This document shows, one piece after another, positions 1 through 13,465 of a stretch of DNA of 64,000 bases; position 1 is the stretch's first letter, and each line of letters opens with the position of its first letter. Below the pieces are notes generated by a model. It had not been told where the DNA came from and ran no database searches. It saw only the letters and a program-made list of their open reading frames with translations. The position numbers were made by a program, and so were the translations under genes. Where the stretch lies: contig OZ024740.1 in assembly GCA_964016885.1 (NCBI GenBank), positions 231,694,001 through 231,758,000 on the forward strand. The letters are read 5' to 3'. Source of the stretch: Eledone cirrhosa. Its lineage: Eukaryota.

Positions 1-155
1 ATCCCGGAAGAATCCTTCTAGGAGTGCATGCAAGGGTGGCAGAAAAGGATGGAAAGTGCATTAGACTCCAGGGGGATTACGTTGAAGGAGAAACCTCTTA
101 GTGTGAAGTTTGGGTTTGAAATAAATCTTTTGTGACATCAGTCCTGGAACTTTTC
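1..155 (+). mobile_element. Tc1/mariner transposase C-terminal remnant with probable 3' TIR fragment
   Basis: With one frameshift it reads IPEESF*ECMQGWQKRM-KCIRLQGDYVEG, matching the mariner C-terminal W..R..KC....G.Y.E motif. Confidence 0.7.
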
Positions 156-299
156 TTATGGGTGACTAGATAGGTTTAGAGCTAATACAGGGAAAGGTGC
201 ACAGGAGCTAATACAGGAATGGAGAATGGGAGAGGAGTAAGGAGTAAAGGAAGCCATGTTGGCTGGCTTTCTGGAAGTATGTTAGTAAGATTTTGTAAA

Positions 300-1000
300 T
301 ATTAAAACGTTTTTAGAAGCTGGTGGTTTCTAAAGGGAGGTGAAAGATGTTAAGGGATCGTGTTTGTGGTCTGTGTATGAGATGCCTGATAGTGGGGAAC
401 TTGTTAGTCCAGATGTTTCCAGGTTTTAGGATATATTTGGACATGTGTGTGCAGCGATTTAAAGAATTTAGTCTCGTATTTAGACAGTCGTTAGTGTGAA
501 GTAGCTTTTTTGAGATGTTCCTTCTTTTGTTTATGCACAAATTTACTCGATTTAAATAAGGTCTAGATCTTTCAAGAAAACTCATTTTAATGTAGGAATC
601 CATGCCGCTGTCTTTGAAAGTCAACGTAATAGTTTCGTAATAGATCTCTTATCTGAGTGTATAAAGATCGTTTAATGGATAAGGATCACATTCTCACATA
701 TCTCATCCTATTGCTGCTTCATACACTAAGGTACGTATGTTGCACATTTGGTCAAGATGTTAAGCTTTCTACAAGAGAAGCCTGGTGGTTGTGAGTTCCT
801 GGGTTTGCTGGTGATGTTGGATGTTATACTTCTTACACAAAAATAGCCGATTTTCACTGTATATCGGTTAAATATTTGTCTAAACTTATGACCTATAGGG
901 AACAATGTCCATCTATGAAGGTTAAACATTTCTTCCCTACGTTTGTCTTAACATTAAGGAAGAAGAGGAATGTAAAACATACGATTTTCCTACATCTGCT
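300..1000 (-). mobile_element. Degenerate Penelope-like element 3' fragment (linker and GIY-YIG region)
   Basis: ORF 726..929 FPIGHKFRQIFNRYTVKIGY and ORF 313..624 RSRPY..VNLCINK resemble the PLE fragments at 6.2-6.9 kb and 40.4-41.2 kb. Confidence 0.65.
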
Positions 1001-1467
1001 TTTTTTTTAAATTCTAGATCGTTGTTCAGCGGAATACGGAAGTTTCTCTGTAAGGCCACTTCACGAAATAACTGACTTATGAAAACATTTTACTGTCAAG
1101 GAATTAGCATAAAGCTCGATAGAAATCCTAGATAACTCCGTAAAAGAACAAAATGATGAAACAACTCCGAAAACAAAACAACAAAATTGAAGCAATGAAA
1201 CATCCACACCCCAATAAACAACAACACACATTTCTCACCACAAAACAATAAATAAGAACGAGCTTCCGTCAATTTAAAAAACTTGGCACCGACATGAAGA
1301 ATAAAAGTTCCTGCTTTGCAATTGAACCGGCATGAAACTCGGGTTGTAAGAACAAGAAATTCAGTTCTTATACACGCTACAACATTGGATGTTCTTTTCC
1401 AATGATATTCTAGAGCATTTGAATCTCCTCTCTCTCTCTCTCTCTTCCTAAGTATATATATATGTAT

Positions 1468-1684
1468 GAAGGCGTGTGGCTGAGTGGTTAGAGAATTGTA
1501 TTCGCAATCGTAAGGTTGTGAGTTCGATTCCTGGACCAGGCGATGCGTTATGTCCTTGAGCAAGACACTTTATTTCACGTTGCTCCTTCTACCTGGAGTT
1601 GCGACCGATAGATAGTATTAGCAATTGGAAAGACCAACAGAAACATTGTTCCCTCGGTCCGATTTGACAAAAAAGTCGATCGTT

Positions 1685-1688
<4 letters not shown>
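1468..1688 (+). mobile_element. tRNA-derived SINE (CORE/V-like central domain)
   Basis: A box TGGCTGAGTGG, B box GTTCGATTCC, then GTCCTTGAGCAAGACACTT. A reverse copy lies at 33450-33662. Confidence 0.8.
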
Positions 1689-1734
<46 letters not shown>

Positions 1735-1744
1735 TATATATATG

Positions 1745-1952
1745 TATAGAAATTTCGTATTACTAAAGGAACATGGTTTTAGGAAGCCGTTGCTATACAA
1801 ACACCGGGGCTAACGCCCTCTGGTGGTGTCCAGAAATGCATAGACGGTTGCCCCCCCTTGCTTCTGGTGGAGACCACCAGAGGGCGTTAGCCCCGGTTTT
1901 TGCATAGCTACGGCTTCCTAAAACCATGTTTCTTTAGTAATACGAAATGTCT

Positions 1953-1955
<3 letters not shown>
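1745..1955. repeat. Palindromic insertion between (TA)n tracts
   Basis: Arms ttcgtattactaaag...ccggggctaacgccctctggtggt and accaccagagggcgttagccccgg...ctttagtaatacgaa. Confidence 0.9.
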
Positions 1956-2451
<496 letters not shown>

Positions 2452-2452
2452 G

Positions 2453-2487
<35 letters not shown>

Positions 2488-2504
2488 GTATATATATATA
2501 TATA

Positions 2505-2935
2505 TAGTTTTAGTATAAATGAGATTCTACAGGACTAGAACTGTTTCATTCTTTATAAATTATCAGGAATCTGGCTTTCCAAAAATAAATGTTGTGGTAT
2601 TTATATATTTTCAGGTTGTAGGAGAGGGTGGGGAGTGGGATGGGTGGAGGTCATTGGTTGAAAGAAAAGGGAATTCATTAAAAGTTAATTTTTTAAGGCT
2701 ATAATTTATATTTAGAGTGACAAAGGCAGAAAGAATTCTATAAACAAGTTCAGAATGGGGTGCCACTCCTTATTTTTAAGTTTCTCTTAAGCTAACAATA
2801 CCTATATTTCAGGTGTCTATAAGATCGCTGGGGGTCGGTCATGGTTGATGGATTTAAAGAAAAGGGAAATTCTTTAAAAGCTAATTCTTTAAAGTTCTAC
2901 TTAGAGTGACAAAGGCCAAGAGAATTCTATAAACC
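2505..2935 (-). mobile_element. PLE terminal-repeat fragment, family A, with damaged HHR (2522-2572)
   Basis: Reverse complement of 11820-12250. The minus strand reads agattc CTGATAA...GAAA cag-ttctagtc-ctg TA gaatct. Confidence 0.75.
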
Positions 2936-3967
2936 AGTGCACCTTACTGCTTCATTAGTGCTGCAGAAACTCGAGTCCGGGAACCTTATAGGCACCCGTT
3001 TTACGTGTGTTGTGTTGAGGCAAATAACTATGTGTATACTCTTGTAATGTATCTTACATTGCCCATTGAGTGCGCTGAGATACAACCGGTACTGGCATTG
3101 ATAAATATGCTGGGTCCGTCAACCCTTATTATTATTATCTCCCAACTAGCGGAATATTGAGAGTAAGTTAAACAATTTTTCACTTTTTATTGTGTTTTTG
3201 TTTTGATATGCACTCTTTTTCCTGCTACTAATTTTATCTCTCACTCTTTTAAGTTGTGAATTAGACTGGTTATCTACGCACGTGGCTGACACATTTCAGC
3301 TCGCTACTATATTGGTATATAATGGATGATCGCATTTAATGTCCGTTAAAGGTTCTTGGCACTACCATTTTTACCATCGCTTTCCTCTAGCCATGGGGCT
3401 TGGAGACATGAACCGAATGCTACTATTCTATTTTATATCAATGTGAACTGCTATTTCTAATACTCATCTTTTCACCCCTTGATAATGTGTGTGTGAGACA
3501 CGTTTGCTGAGGGCTTCTGACAGGAACTAATATATTGATTCATTTTAGCTTTCCGTCCCCACGTAAAATTTGTGAATCAGTGGCTAGTTGAGAGATAGAG
3601 TCCTATCGGTTGCCAGTTAATCGCTTTACCGTATAGGTTGTCACAAACAGTCATGACCGGCACGGGCCGATGTTTGGATTATGTCGCTCGATTGGTTATT
3701 GATTAGGCGATACTCGCTGATGAAGCCGCATAAGCTGATTGTGCATTGTTGCATAATATATGCAGAGAGATGGTGCAGTGCACCTTACTGCTGCATTAGT
3801 GCTGCAGAAACTCGAGAACCTTATAGGCACCCGTTTTACGTGTGTTGTGTTGAGGCAAATAACTATGTGTATACTCTTGTAATGTATCTTACATTGCCCA
3901 TGGAGTGCGCTGAGATACAACCGGTACTGGCACTGATAAATATGCTGGCTCTGTCAACCCTTATTAT

Positions 3968-3970
<3 letters not shown>
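2935..3970 (+). mobile_element. Non-coding element with ~195-bp direct terminal repeats (pLTR-like) carrying HHR parts
   Basis: 2935-3135 is repeated at 3776-3970. CTGATGA at 3717; GAAA-ctcgag-TC-cggg at 2966-2981. Confidence 0.7.
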
Positions 3971-4033
<63 letters not shown>

Positions 4034-4077
4034 CCACAAACATATATACACATACACACACACACATATATATATAT

Positions 4078-4168
<91 letters not shown>

Positions 4169-4267
4169 CACACACACACACACAGATATATATATATACA
4201 TACACACACTCACACATATATATACACACACACACACACAGATATATATATACATACACACACTCAC

Positions 4268-4312
<45 letters not shown>

Positions 4313-4339
4313 CATATATACACACATATACTCACATAT

Positions 4340-4378
<39 letters not shown>

Positions 4379-4379
4379 C

Positions 4380-4410
<31 letters not shown>

Positions 4411-4568
4411 CATACATACATATATATACATATATATATATATACATATACATATATATACATATACATATGTATATATACATACATACATATATACATA
4501 TATATATATACATACATACATATATACATATATATATACATACATACATATATACATATATATATAAT

Positions 4569-4626
<58 letters not shown>
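3970..4626. repeat. Compound (TA)n/(CA)n/(TACA)n microsatellite
   Basis: Direct reading. Confidence 0.97.
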
Positions 4627-4632
<6 letters not shown>

Positions 4633-4780
4633 CGTAAAATAAGAAAATTATAAAAATTAACTTACTAAAATTTCACCACAAAGTTACTCAGACAAAACCT
4701 ATATATTTGCTGGCATAGGTATGCATCTGTATATATATGTTAGTAAATATACTAATTCTTTATATATATATATATATATA

Positions 4781-5390
4781 TGGTGGCTGCCAACTCGTTT
4801 TCGAGTACGGCCACTACTTTATATCCATGTAGGAGAACCCCTACCGATGCGCTAAATAAGTGTGACTTTTTAGTCCAGCCAGCGACTTGAAAACTCTGGT
4901 ACAAACACTACACCTGCGACAATTATTGACACATTGTGCTGGGCCCATGGCACCATGTGACGACAAGTGCAGAGAGATCTCCAGATATAAAGCAATGCCT
5001 GTGCCGTGAAGCTTTTATAGTGAGCAAAGGGACTGCACAAAGCCAGTCCCACTCTCTTAACCAACATGATATTTAACAAAAAGAATAACAAGTCAACATC
5101 ATTGGATACCATCAGGGTTGCAGGTGTTATATCAGATTTTCCTTCTCCTAGAATTCTGCCTTGACAAAGGCTAAGGGGTCATCTCTCCCGGTGATTTTGG
5201 ATGGCCATTGACTCTTAAGTGCTCCTTTGCCCTTTGACAGGTTTTGTTTTTAGTCCTGCAGGATGTCCAAAGTCACCCTCCTCACCAAGAAATCTTGGTG
5301 GGGTTGCCAGTTTAGTCGCCAACGACCCGATCATGAGACTGGTTGTACTGGGATACATGTTACCAGTAGCACCACCTGGTGACCTGACAT
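4781..5390 (-). mobile_element. ~600-bp non-autonomous RTE derivative (5' UTR fused to 3' end)
   Basis: RTE-type 5' UTR motif ggagaaggaaaa(c)tctga plus a remnant C-terminal C..C...FKSLAGLKSH zinc finger. Copies at 37280-37690 and 62597-63207. Confidence 0.65.
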
Positions 5391-6025
<635 letters not shown>

Positions 6026-7451
6026 ACCTAACGAGTCCCTTAGATATATTAATGTTAATTCTAACCACTCCAAAAACATCACTGATGCGTCGCTATTAGA
6101 ATCTCTGGCCTCTCTGCCAATGAAGATATTTTTAACGCCTCTGCCTCCTACTACAATGACGCGCTCGCCCGCAGCGGATTTAAAGAATAGATAACTTACC
6201 TAGAAACCACCGCAAGGCTGCAGAGGAGGAATAGGCATAGGCAGATTAGCTGGTACAACTTCAATAGAGAGGTCTCTACACCTATAGCTAAAATGTTCTT
6301 CACTTTGCTGAACACACACTTCCCCATACAACATAGGTACTACACCATCTTTAATAAGAACACAATAAGACTCTCCAGCTCCACCACATCTAAACTAGCT
6401 AGGAATATAGCCAATCACAATTCTAAAAAAATTAAATAAGCCAACCACCTCCGAACCCAATCCCCGGACTGGGGCCTTGAGTAATTGCCTAAATAAGGAA
6501 GCCTGCCCACTTGAAAACAAATGCCTGACAAATGATATCGTATACAAATGCGATGTCATCTCAGGCAGTGATGATTGCAACAACAAAAAAACTTACATCA
6601 GCATGACTTCCAATAACATTAAGAGCCGTTGGTATGCCCATACCCACTCCTTCAGAAAACCGGACAAATCAAACTAGACAACATTGGCCTCCTATGTTTG
6701 GGACCTCAAAAGGAACTCCACCCCTTCACGCTTAAATGGAAAATACTCCAGAAGCGCGCTCTTACAACAGAGGACACAAGAGCTGCAACCTTTGTATCTC
6801 AGCGAGCTACGAAATTTTATTCGCCAAGGGCCCGCTACTGAACAAACTCTCTGAACACTGCCCGAACTGTATGCACAAAACCTTTCAAACTTTCAGATAC
6901 CTTAAGCCAGTGTTAATGCCCGATGGCTAAAAACGACTCCCCCCATTTTAGCCTGTTAATTTGCTACGGAGTTTCTGTAGGAATCTGTTGTGTCTGAGTT
7001 TGTATTAAGAATGGAGTAGTAACCAGAAATTGTTTTTTATATATTTATATCCTGATTTTTATAATGTTTTTTTTTTGTTTACTCCCTTTCGATTTACCTA
7101 TTCTTTCAAATCCCTCCTCCCCTTCTCCAGTACACTTTTTTCGACTTTCTATACACTATCCTTAGAATCTGCTGTATAGATTTCACTTTCAACGCTTGAC
7201 TGGGTTTCCCCCACTCCCTCTTTGTTCTACCGGCAAGTTCAACTACCCCTACCTCCCACCAAATGCCATGATTGAATCATCTGTCTTTACAACAAATTTT
7301 TGACCAATCCTTTTGACAATTACTATCTTCCCATTATAAGGAATTACCCCCTGAGAAGTTCGGCTATTTATTTACCATGCTAAAAATTCTTATTTAGTCT
7401 AGAATTAGCCGTCGAAACGGCTTGAGCTCTGCCATCGGGGTCATACTTGTT

Positions 7452-7455
<4 letters not shown>
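6026..7455 (+). mobile_element. 5'-truncated Penelope-like element: Cys-rich linker, GIY-YIG remnant, 3' pLTR (family B)
   Basis: NCLNKEACPLENKCLTNDIVYKC...TYISMTSNNIKSRWYAH and ARSYNRGHKSCNLC. It ends at gttcc(ta)n. Confidence 0.85.
7346..7441 (+). ncRNA. Type I hammerhead ribozyme, family B (degenerate core)
   Basis: acccc CTGAGAA [cggcta...tagccg] GAAA cggc-ttgagctct-gcca TC ggggt. Confidence 0.75.
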
Positions 7456-7511
<56 letters not shown>

Positions 7512-7539
7512 AAAGAATAGAGGTGTAACACACTAGTTG

Positions 7540-8082
7540 TGATATATTGGTAAAAGGAAAAGAAAATGCTGACAAATTGTTACCAGTGAAAAATAGTTTA
7601 ATTAGGAATAAGTAAAAATTAGTAATAAGTATTGGTTAGTATTCAGTTTTAGTTTTAAGTTTTTACCGGTTGCGCATTTCTAATGCTTTTCAAAAATAAT
7701 TTTGAGATAGAGCACTTGTGATGTTTGCTCTAATCTGATCAGTTTTGAAAATTCTACCTGTTTTATGTGAAAAAAGTGGCTCCAGAGGTATTAAAATAAG
7801 TTTCGCGCCAATTCGTGTGGCAAAAATTCTTGTGGTCAAAACAATTTTGATTGGTCGGTAGAGGTCACGTGAATGTTAAAAATTGATTTTGCGCCAAATG
7901 TAGTTTTGTCGAAGAGTGTCCTTTTTCGCTGGATTGAGAAGTCACTGAAAAATAAGTCTTTTAAGACAAATATGTGTGTGTGTAGTAAAGAGGTTCATTG
8001 TTGTGATAATGGTCAGTAGGGATGTGTGTGTGAATTGCAGTCATGTTGAAAGGTCAACAGTTCAGGTGCCTATTAAGACAAA

Positions 8083-8124
<42 letters not shown>

Positions 8125-11100
8125 TGTGTGTGCGTGTGCGTGTGCGTGTGTGGGTGTGTGGGTGTGTGTGTGTAGCAGAGTAATTCGTGGTAGAGGGATC
8201 GGTCAATAGGAATGTGTCTGTACGTGTGTGGGGGATATTTTAACATGTTGAAAGATATTTTTCAGCTCTTGTCTTATACGGAGAAGTGTGTGTGTGTATA
8301 TGTCTCTTTGTATGTTAGTGTACGCGTGTGTATGTGTGCGTGTATATGTGTGCGTGTGTATATGTGTGTGTATGGGGGGGGGGGGGGCAGTATTTTTGTG
8401 ATACTGGTAAAAATGGTGTACATTATTCGATATTTTCAGCAAAAACAATTCTCTCAAGAGAACATCAAAAACATTAATAATAAAAGGTGTGAAATGATAT
8501 ATAGTATTGTCATAACACCAAGGTGTGTGTGAGTGTCCAGATTGTACGTACTGCAAGAGGAATCCATTAGGCCATGTCGTATTGTAATACTTGTGTACAA
8601 ATATGTATGTGCCCATCAGTGTGCAATGCATGTGTGCGTATATGTATGTGTGTGTGTCGGCACGTTTATATCTATAGACATCAAAAGGTATGCAAATGTG
8701 TGTATATTTGTGTTGCACCATAGAACATGTGTGTTTACGTATGCCATTGTGTTTATATGTGGATAGAGATGTATGTAGGATGTATGCTGCTGTAGGTATG
8801 TATGTTGACGTGTGTATGTTGTGGGTTCATCTTAGGGAGAAGTGTTTAGACAGGGTCCGTATTTGTTAATAAAGTGAGATTCCTTGCTGATGCGCTGGGT
8901 GTGGGTGGCATTATCTTTAAATTTGTAGAGGGGAAATATTCTGAAGTTGGGATGATTTTGGGCGGCACAGGTATCAATGTGTTCACTCAGTGGTATTTTC
9001 CTATATTCCCGTATTTTAATTTGGGATCTATGGACAGTCATGCTTTGGATGCTGTTTTTGGTCTGGCCTATGTATTGTTCTCGACAACCTGATGCGCATA
9101 TGTTTTACTATAAAACGTTGTCCTTCTTTGAAATAGAATTCCGAACCCCCTATTAGGTTGATGCATATGCCACAGTTGGGTCTATCGCATTTTTTTACTG
9201 TGGGTTTCGTTGTTGTGGTTGGCAGTACTTTGGCATGTGTTAGGATGTTTTTCATTGACTTAGATTGTCTTTTGCTCTTTATGATATCGTGTGTTCGAAG
9301 GATTTGGTTCATTCTATGGTTCTTTTTTAACACAGGGATGTTCTGGAGGATGGTGTCAAAGGCCTCATTGTTGAGGGGTTTGTGTGTGGATATGTATGGA
9401 AGAGCTTTTAGTTTCGGTTGATTTACTTTAGGGTGTCTAAGGTCCTGGGTACTGAGTTTTAGGGCGCGTTGGATTCCATTGTCAATTAGTGATGCAGGGT
9501 AGTCCCTGCCTATGAGTGTGTCCTTTAGTTCTTGTAGCCGTAAGTAACAGGTGTTTTTATTGGAGACTATAGTGCAGATTCTCTTGGCTAAGTTGTAGGG
9601 AATATTAATTTTAACGTGTCTAGGGTGACAAGAGTTGAAAGGAAGATATTGCTTGGAGTCTGTGGGCTTGTAGTATATGTCTGTTTCTATTTTTTTTGTT
9701 ATGAATCTTAATGAGGATGTCGAGGAAGGGGAGTTGTTTATGGCTGTATTCCATCGTAAAGTTAATATTCGTGTTGAGCCCATTTATAAGGGTGTGAAAT
9801 TCTTTAAGTTTCTCGATGTTTTCGTGCCAAAGAATGAAACAGTCATCTAGATATCGCTTCCAGTTCTTTTCTATGTGTAAGTGGAGAGTGTTTCCAAATT
9901 TGTTTAGTACTTGAGTGTAGACGATGATTTCCAGGTATTCCATGACTAGGTTGGCATAAGTGGGGGCTGTGTTCGTTCCCATAGTGGTCCCAGATTTCTG
10001 TCTGTAGGATTTGTTATTTAAAAGAAGTAATTGTTCTCCAAGATAAATTTGAGTCACTCTATCACGAATTATTTTTTGATGCGTTGTGGGAGTTCATTGT
10101 GGTAATTATCCAGCCAGAATTGGATAGCTTCTATTCCTAGGTTGTGGGGGATGTTGGGGTATAGGTTGTCTACATCGAATGTCACTAGTAGGGTTTGTTC
10201 AGAAAGGGGCTTATTAGGGAGGTGATTGAGCATATCTAGGTCGTCCCTTATATAGCTTTTGGTGTGTTTGAGAAAAGGCTTGAGAAGGGTATCAATGAAG
10301 TTGCTAAGGCGGTGGGTTTCGCAAGCGGGGCCTGCTATTATAGGTCTTAATTTGAGATCATTGGGTGAGGAGACATTGATGACTATGTCTGTGGCTTCCT
10401 TGCATCCCTTACTTATTAATTTGCTTTTATGTACTTTAGAGATATCGTAGAAAATGCTGGATTTACTTGTGAAGGATTTACTTTCGTTTTCCAAAGTAGA
10501 GAGCGCTAAGTTGATATAGAATTATGTCTCCATTAGGACTACTGTACTCCCTTTATCAACCTCTTTAATTGTAATGGTTCTGTCGGTTATTAATCTGTTT
10601 AATTCTTCCCATTCTTTCTTGTTTAGGTTTGGCTTGTGTTTTTGTCTGTGCAAGTGTTGGTAAGGGAAGTTTGTGATGTGTTCACAGAATTCCTCCAGGA
10701 TTTTATTTCTACCTTTTGATGGGGTGTAGTTGCTTCTATTTCTGGCTAATGATTCATCCTCATTGAACTGGTCGAATAGTTCTTCACTGAGTCGTAACTT
10801 TCTACAGAAGTCTGTGATGTCTTCCTTCATTTCATAGTAGTTAGGACATAGTGGGGTCGGTGTGAATTTAAGACCTTTGGAGAGTAAGTTGATAAGGTTG
10901 GGTGTTGATTCTGCACTAGTTAGATTGATAATTTTTATTACTCTCGGTTTCTCCTCCCTGTCTTGTGTTATTTCGTTTGCCTGTATCTGTGTGCTGTGTC
11001 TAAAAAATGGTTGGGGTAGAGGGGTTGTCTGCTGATGTTAAGTGGTCTCCTGTGTTTGTTATATTCCTTGTTGTTGTAAAATGTGGTTCGGGTTCGTGGT

Positions 11101-11484
11101 TGTAGATTGAATGGGGTGTTTCTGTATTGCAAGTATGGATGTGTATTTCTATGTGCCATGTTGGATTGTGGCGTTATAGGTGGCCTACGTTGTTGGTTGT
11201 ATCGTGTGGTGTGTGTTTGTTGTGTATTGTGGAAGCGAGAGTTGAGAAAATGGAAATTAATTTTTCACATAAAACAGGTAGAATTTCCAAAACTGATTAG
11301 ATTAGAGCAAACATCACGGGCGCTCTATCTCAAAATTATTTTTGAAAAGCATTAGAAATGCGCAACCGGTAAAAACTTAAAACCAAAACTGAATACTAAC
11401 CAATACTTATTACTAATTTTTACTTATTCCTAATTAAACTATTTTTCACAGGGAACAATTTGTCAGCATTTTCTTTTCCTTTTA

Positions 11485-11490
<6 letters not shown>
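7540..11490 (-). mobile_element. Near full-length pseudogenised Penelope-like retroelement with inverted terminal pLTR copy
   Basis: Frameshifted ORFs 10830-8832 include LRPIIAG, TFDVDNLYPNIPH, GTTMGTNTAPTYANL, RYLDD, YYKPTDSKQYL..SCHP and CDRPNCGIC. 7540-7760 is inverted at 11275-11490. Confidence 0.92.
11339..11375 (+). ncRNA. Minimal HHR-like motif, family C (variant core); mirror copy at ~7660-7696 on minus
   Basis: ttt TTGAAAA gcat-tagaa-atgc GCAA ccgg TA aaa. Confidence 0.55.
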
Positions 11491-11519
<29 letters not shown>

Positions 11520-11673
11520 GTGAACAGCAGTTATAATTGAGTGGCTGCTATTTGCAGTATAGCAATATAAGGTTGCACTTACCAATGAAACGGTCGTAAA
11601 TACCTGGATAAAATACTTCTCTTAGTGCTTACCTGTGTTTTCTCTTTTATACTATATATATATATATACACAC

Positions 11674-11739
<66 letters not shown>

Positions 11740-11799
11740 ATGTGAATGTGTCTGTCGACACCTGGAATATAGTTTAAGGGAAATTTGAAGATAATGATA

Positions 11800-12354
11800 T
11801 GATAAGCACCCAATATTTGGAACTGGTTTATAGAATTCTCTTGGCCTTTGTCACTCTTAGTAGAACTTTAAAGAATTAGCTTTTAAAGAATTCCCCTTTT
11901 CTTTAAATCCATCAACCATGACAGACCCCCAACGATCTTATAGACACCTGAAATATAGGTATTGTTAGCTTAAGAGAAACTTAAAAATAAGGAGTGGTAC
12001 CCTATTCTGAACTTGTTTATAGAATTCTTTCTGCCTTTGTCACTCTAAATATAAATTATAGCTTTAAAGAATTAGCTTTTAATGAATTCCCTTTTCTTTC
12101 AACCAATGATCTCCACCCATCCCACTCCCCACCCTCTCCTACCACCTGAAAAGATATAAATACCACAACATTTATTTTTGAAAAGCTAGATTCCTGATGA
12201 TTTTTAAAAAAAGAAACAGTTCTAGTCCTGTAGAATCTCATCTATATTAAAACTTTTATACTCTGCTATGTAATAAGTACCTTACTTACTGTGGTTACCT
12301 CCGAATCAACCCGGAATAACGTATGTGGTTACCTCCGAATCAACCCGGAATAAC

Positions 12355-12394
<40 letters not shown>

Positions 12395-12505
12395 GTTATT
12401 CCGGGTTGATTCGGAGGTAACCACAGTAAGTAAGGTACTTATTACATAGCAGAGTATAAAAGTTTTAATATAGATGAAATTCTACAGGACTAGAATTGTT
12501 TCATT
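11800..12505 (+). mobile_element. PLE terminal repeat family A plus tail-to-tail inverted partial copy around (TA)n
   Basis: 12215-12355 is mirrored at 12392-12503. It contains a 28-bp tandem duplication, gtggttacctccgaatcaacccggaataacgtat. Confidence 0.8.
12188..12238 (+). ncRNA. Type I hammerhead ribozyme, family A
   Basis: agattc CTGATGA tttttaaaaaaa GAAA cag-ttctagtc-ctg TA gaatct. Confidence 0.88.
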
Positions 12506-12549
12506 ATATATATATAAAGAGAGAGATAGTGAGAGTAGTAATATATATA

Positions 12550-12609
12550 TATAGTATTGAGTACTCTGGTGCGTTATGGTCCATCTGGTTCCTTACCACA
12601 ATTCCTTCG

Positions 12610-12644
<35 letters not shown>

Positions 12645-12749
12645 AACCAGTATGGGGGTCTTACTGGTTCCTATTACCCACTCTACTACCTAAGTATTGA
12701 GTACTTTGGTGCGTTATGGTCCACCTGGTTCCTTACCACATTTCCTTCG

Positions 12750-12752
<3 letters not shown>
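12550..12752 (+). repeat. Two short family-B PLE 3' tails in (TA)n
   Basis: agtattgagtact.tggtgcgttatggtcca.ctggttccttaccaca.ttccttcgt, also seen at 44346, 54548 and 55506. Confidence 0.85.
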
Positions 12753-12793
<41 letters not shown>

Positions 12794-12966
12794 CGGCCCT
12801 TCACGCACAAGGCGCCAAGGTACGCATGTATTGTCCAACCAAGTGCCAATGTGGTTCAATGGCGGGTTAATAAATTAACGAGCCAGAACAAATATAAACA
12901 AGGTTTAGTAAATAATGAAAAAGTTTCAAAATAAATTTTAAAAAATTGACTTTACCTACTATAGTT

Positions 12967-13050
12967 ACCTTTACCGATCGGTTTCGAATCCCAAAAATAA
13001 AACGGAGACCATACGGCCTTCGTTGCAAAGAGAGATTCTCGTCAGAAGGT
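12967..13050 (-). ncRNA. Type I hammerhead ribozyme, family D
   Basis: Mirror of 13121-13204. Confidence 0.9.
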
Positions 13051-13120
13051 TCTTTTCATTCAAAGAATATAAAATTCCTGAATTTAAATTGAGGAATTTT
13101 ATATTCTTTGAATGAAAAGA

Positions 13121-13204
13121 ACCTTCTGACGAGAATCTCTCTTTGCAACGAAGGCCGTATGGTCTCCGTTTTATTTTTGGGATTCGAAACCGATCGGTAA
13201 AGGT
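13121..13204 (+). ncRNA. Type I hammerhead ribozyme, family D
   Basis: acctt CTGACGA gaatctc...gggattc GAAA ccgatcgg TA aaggt. Confidence 0.92.
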
Positions 13205-13392
13205 AACTATAGTAGGTAAAGTCAATTTTTTAAAATTTATTTTGAAACTTTTTCATTATTTACTAAACCTTGTTTATATATATATATATATATAAAGAGA
13301 GAGAGTGAGGGGGTGAGAGTAATAGAGATATAGATAGATACATACACACATATATATGTATACATACTTATATGAATACATACTTATATGTA

Positions 13393-13465
<73 letters not shown>

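Larger units (their letters stand above)
12790..13277. repeat. Palindromic mini-element, family D (~190-bp arms plus ~100-bp one-sided tail)
   Basis: 12895-13085 is the reverse complement of 13086-13277. Flanked by (TA)n. Confidence 0.93.

Noticed and set aside
1470-1545. tRNA gene
   Set aside because: A and B boxes run into a SINE body repeated elsewhere; no intact cloverleaf was evident.
1096-1563. 155-aa ORF
   Set aside because: TTG start inside an antisense SINE, crosses a microsatellite, and has no recognisable motif.
12895-13277. Palindromes as classical MITEs
   Set aside because: Asymmetric tails, variable centres among copies and embedded HHRs fit PLE inversion products better.
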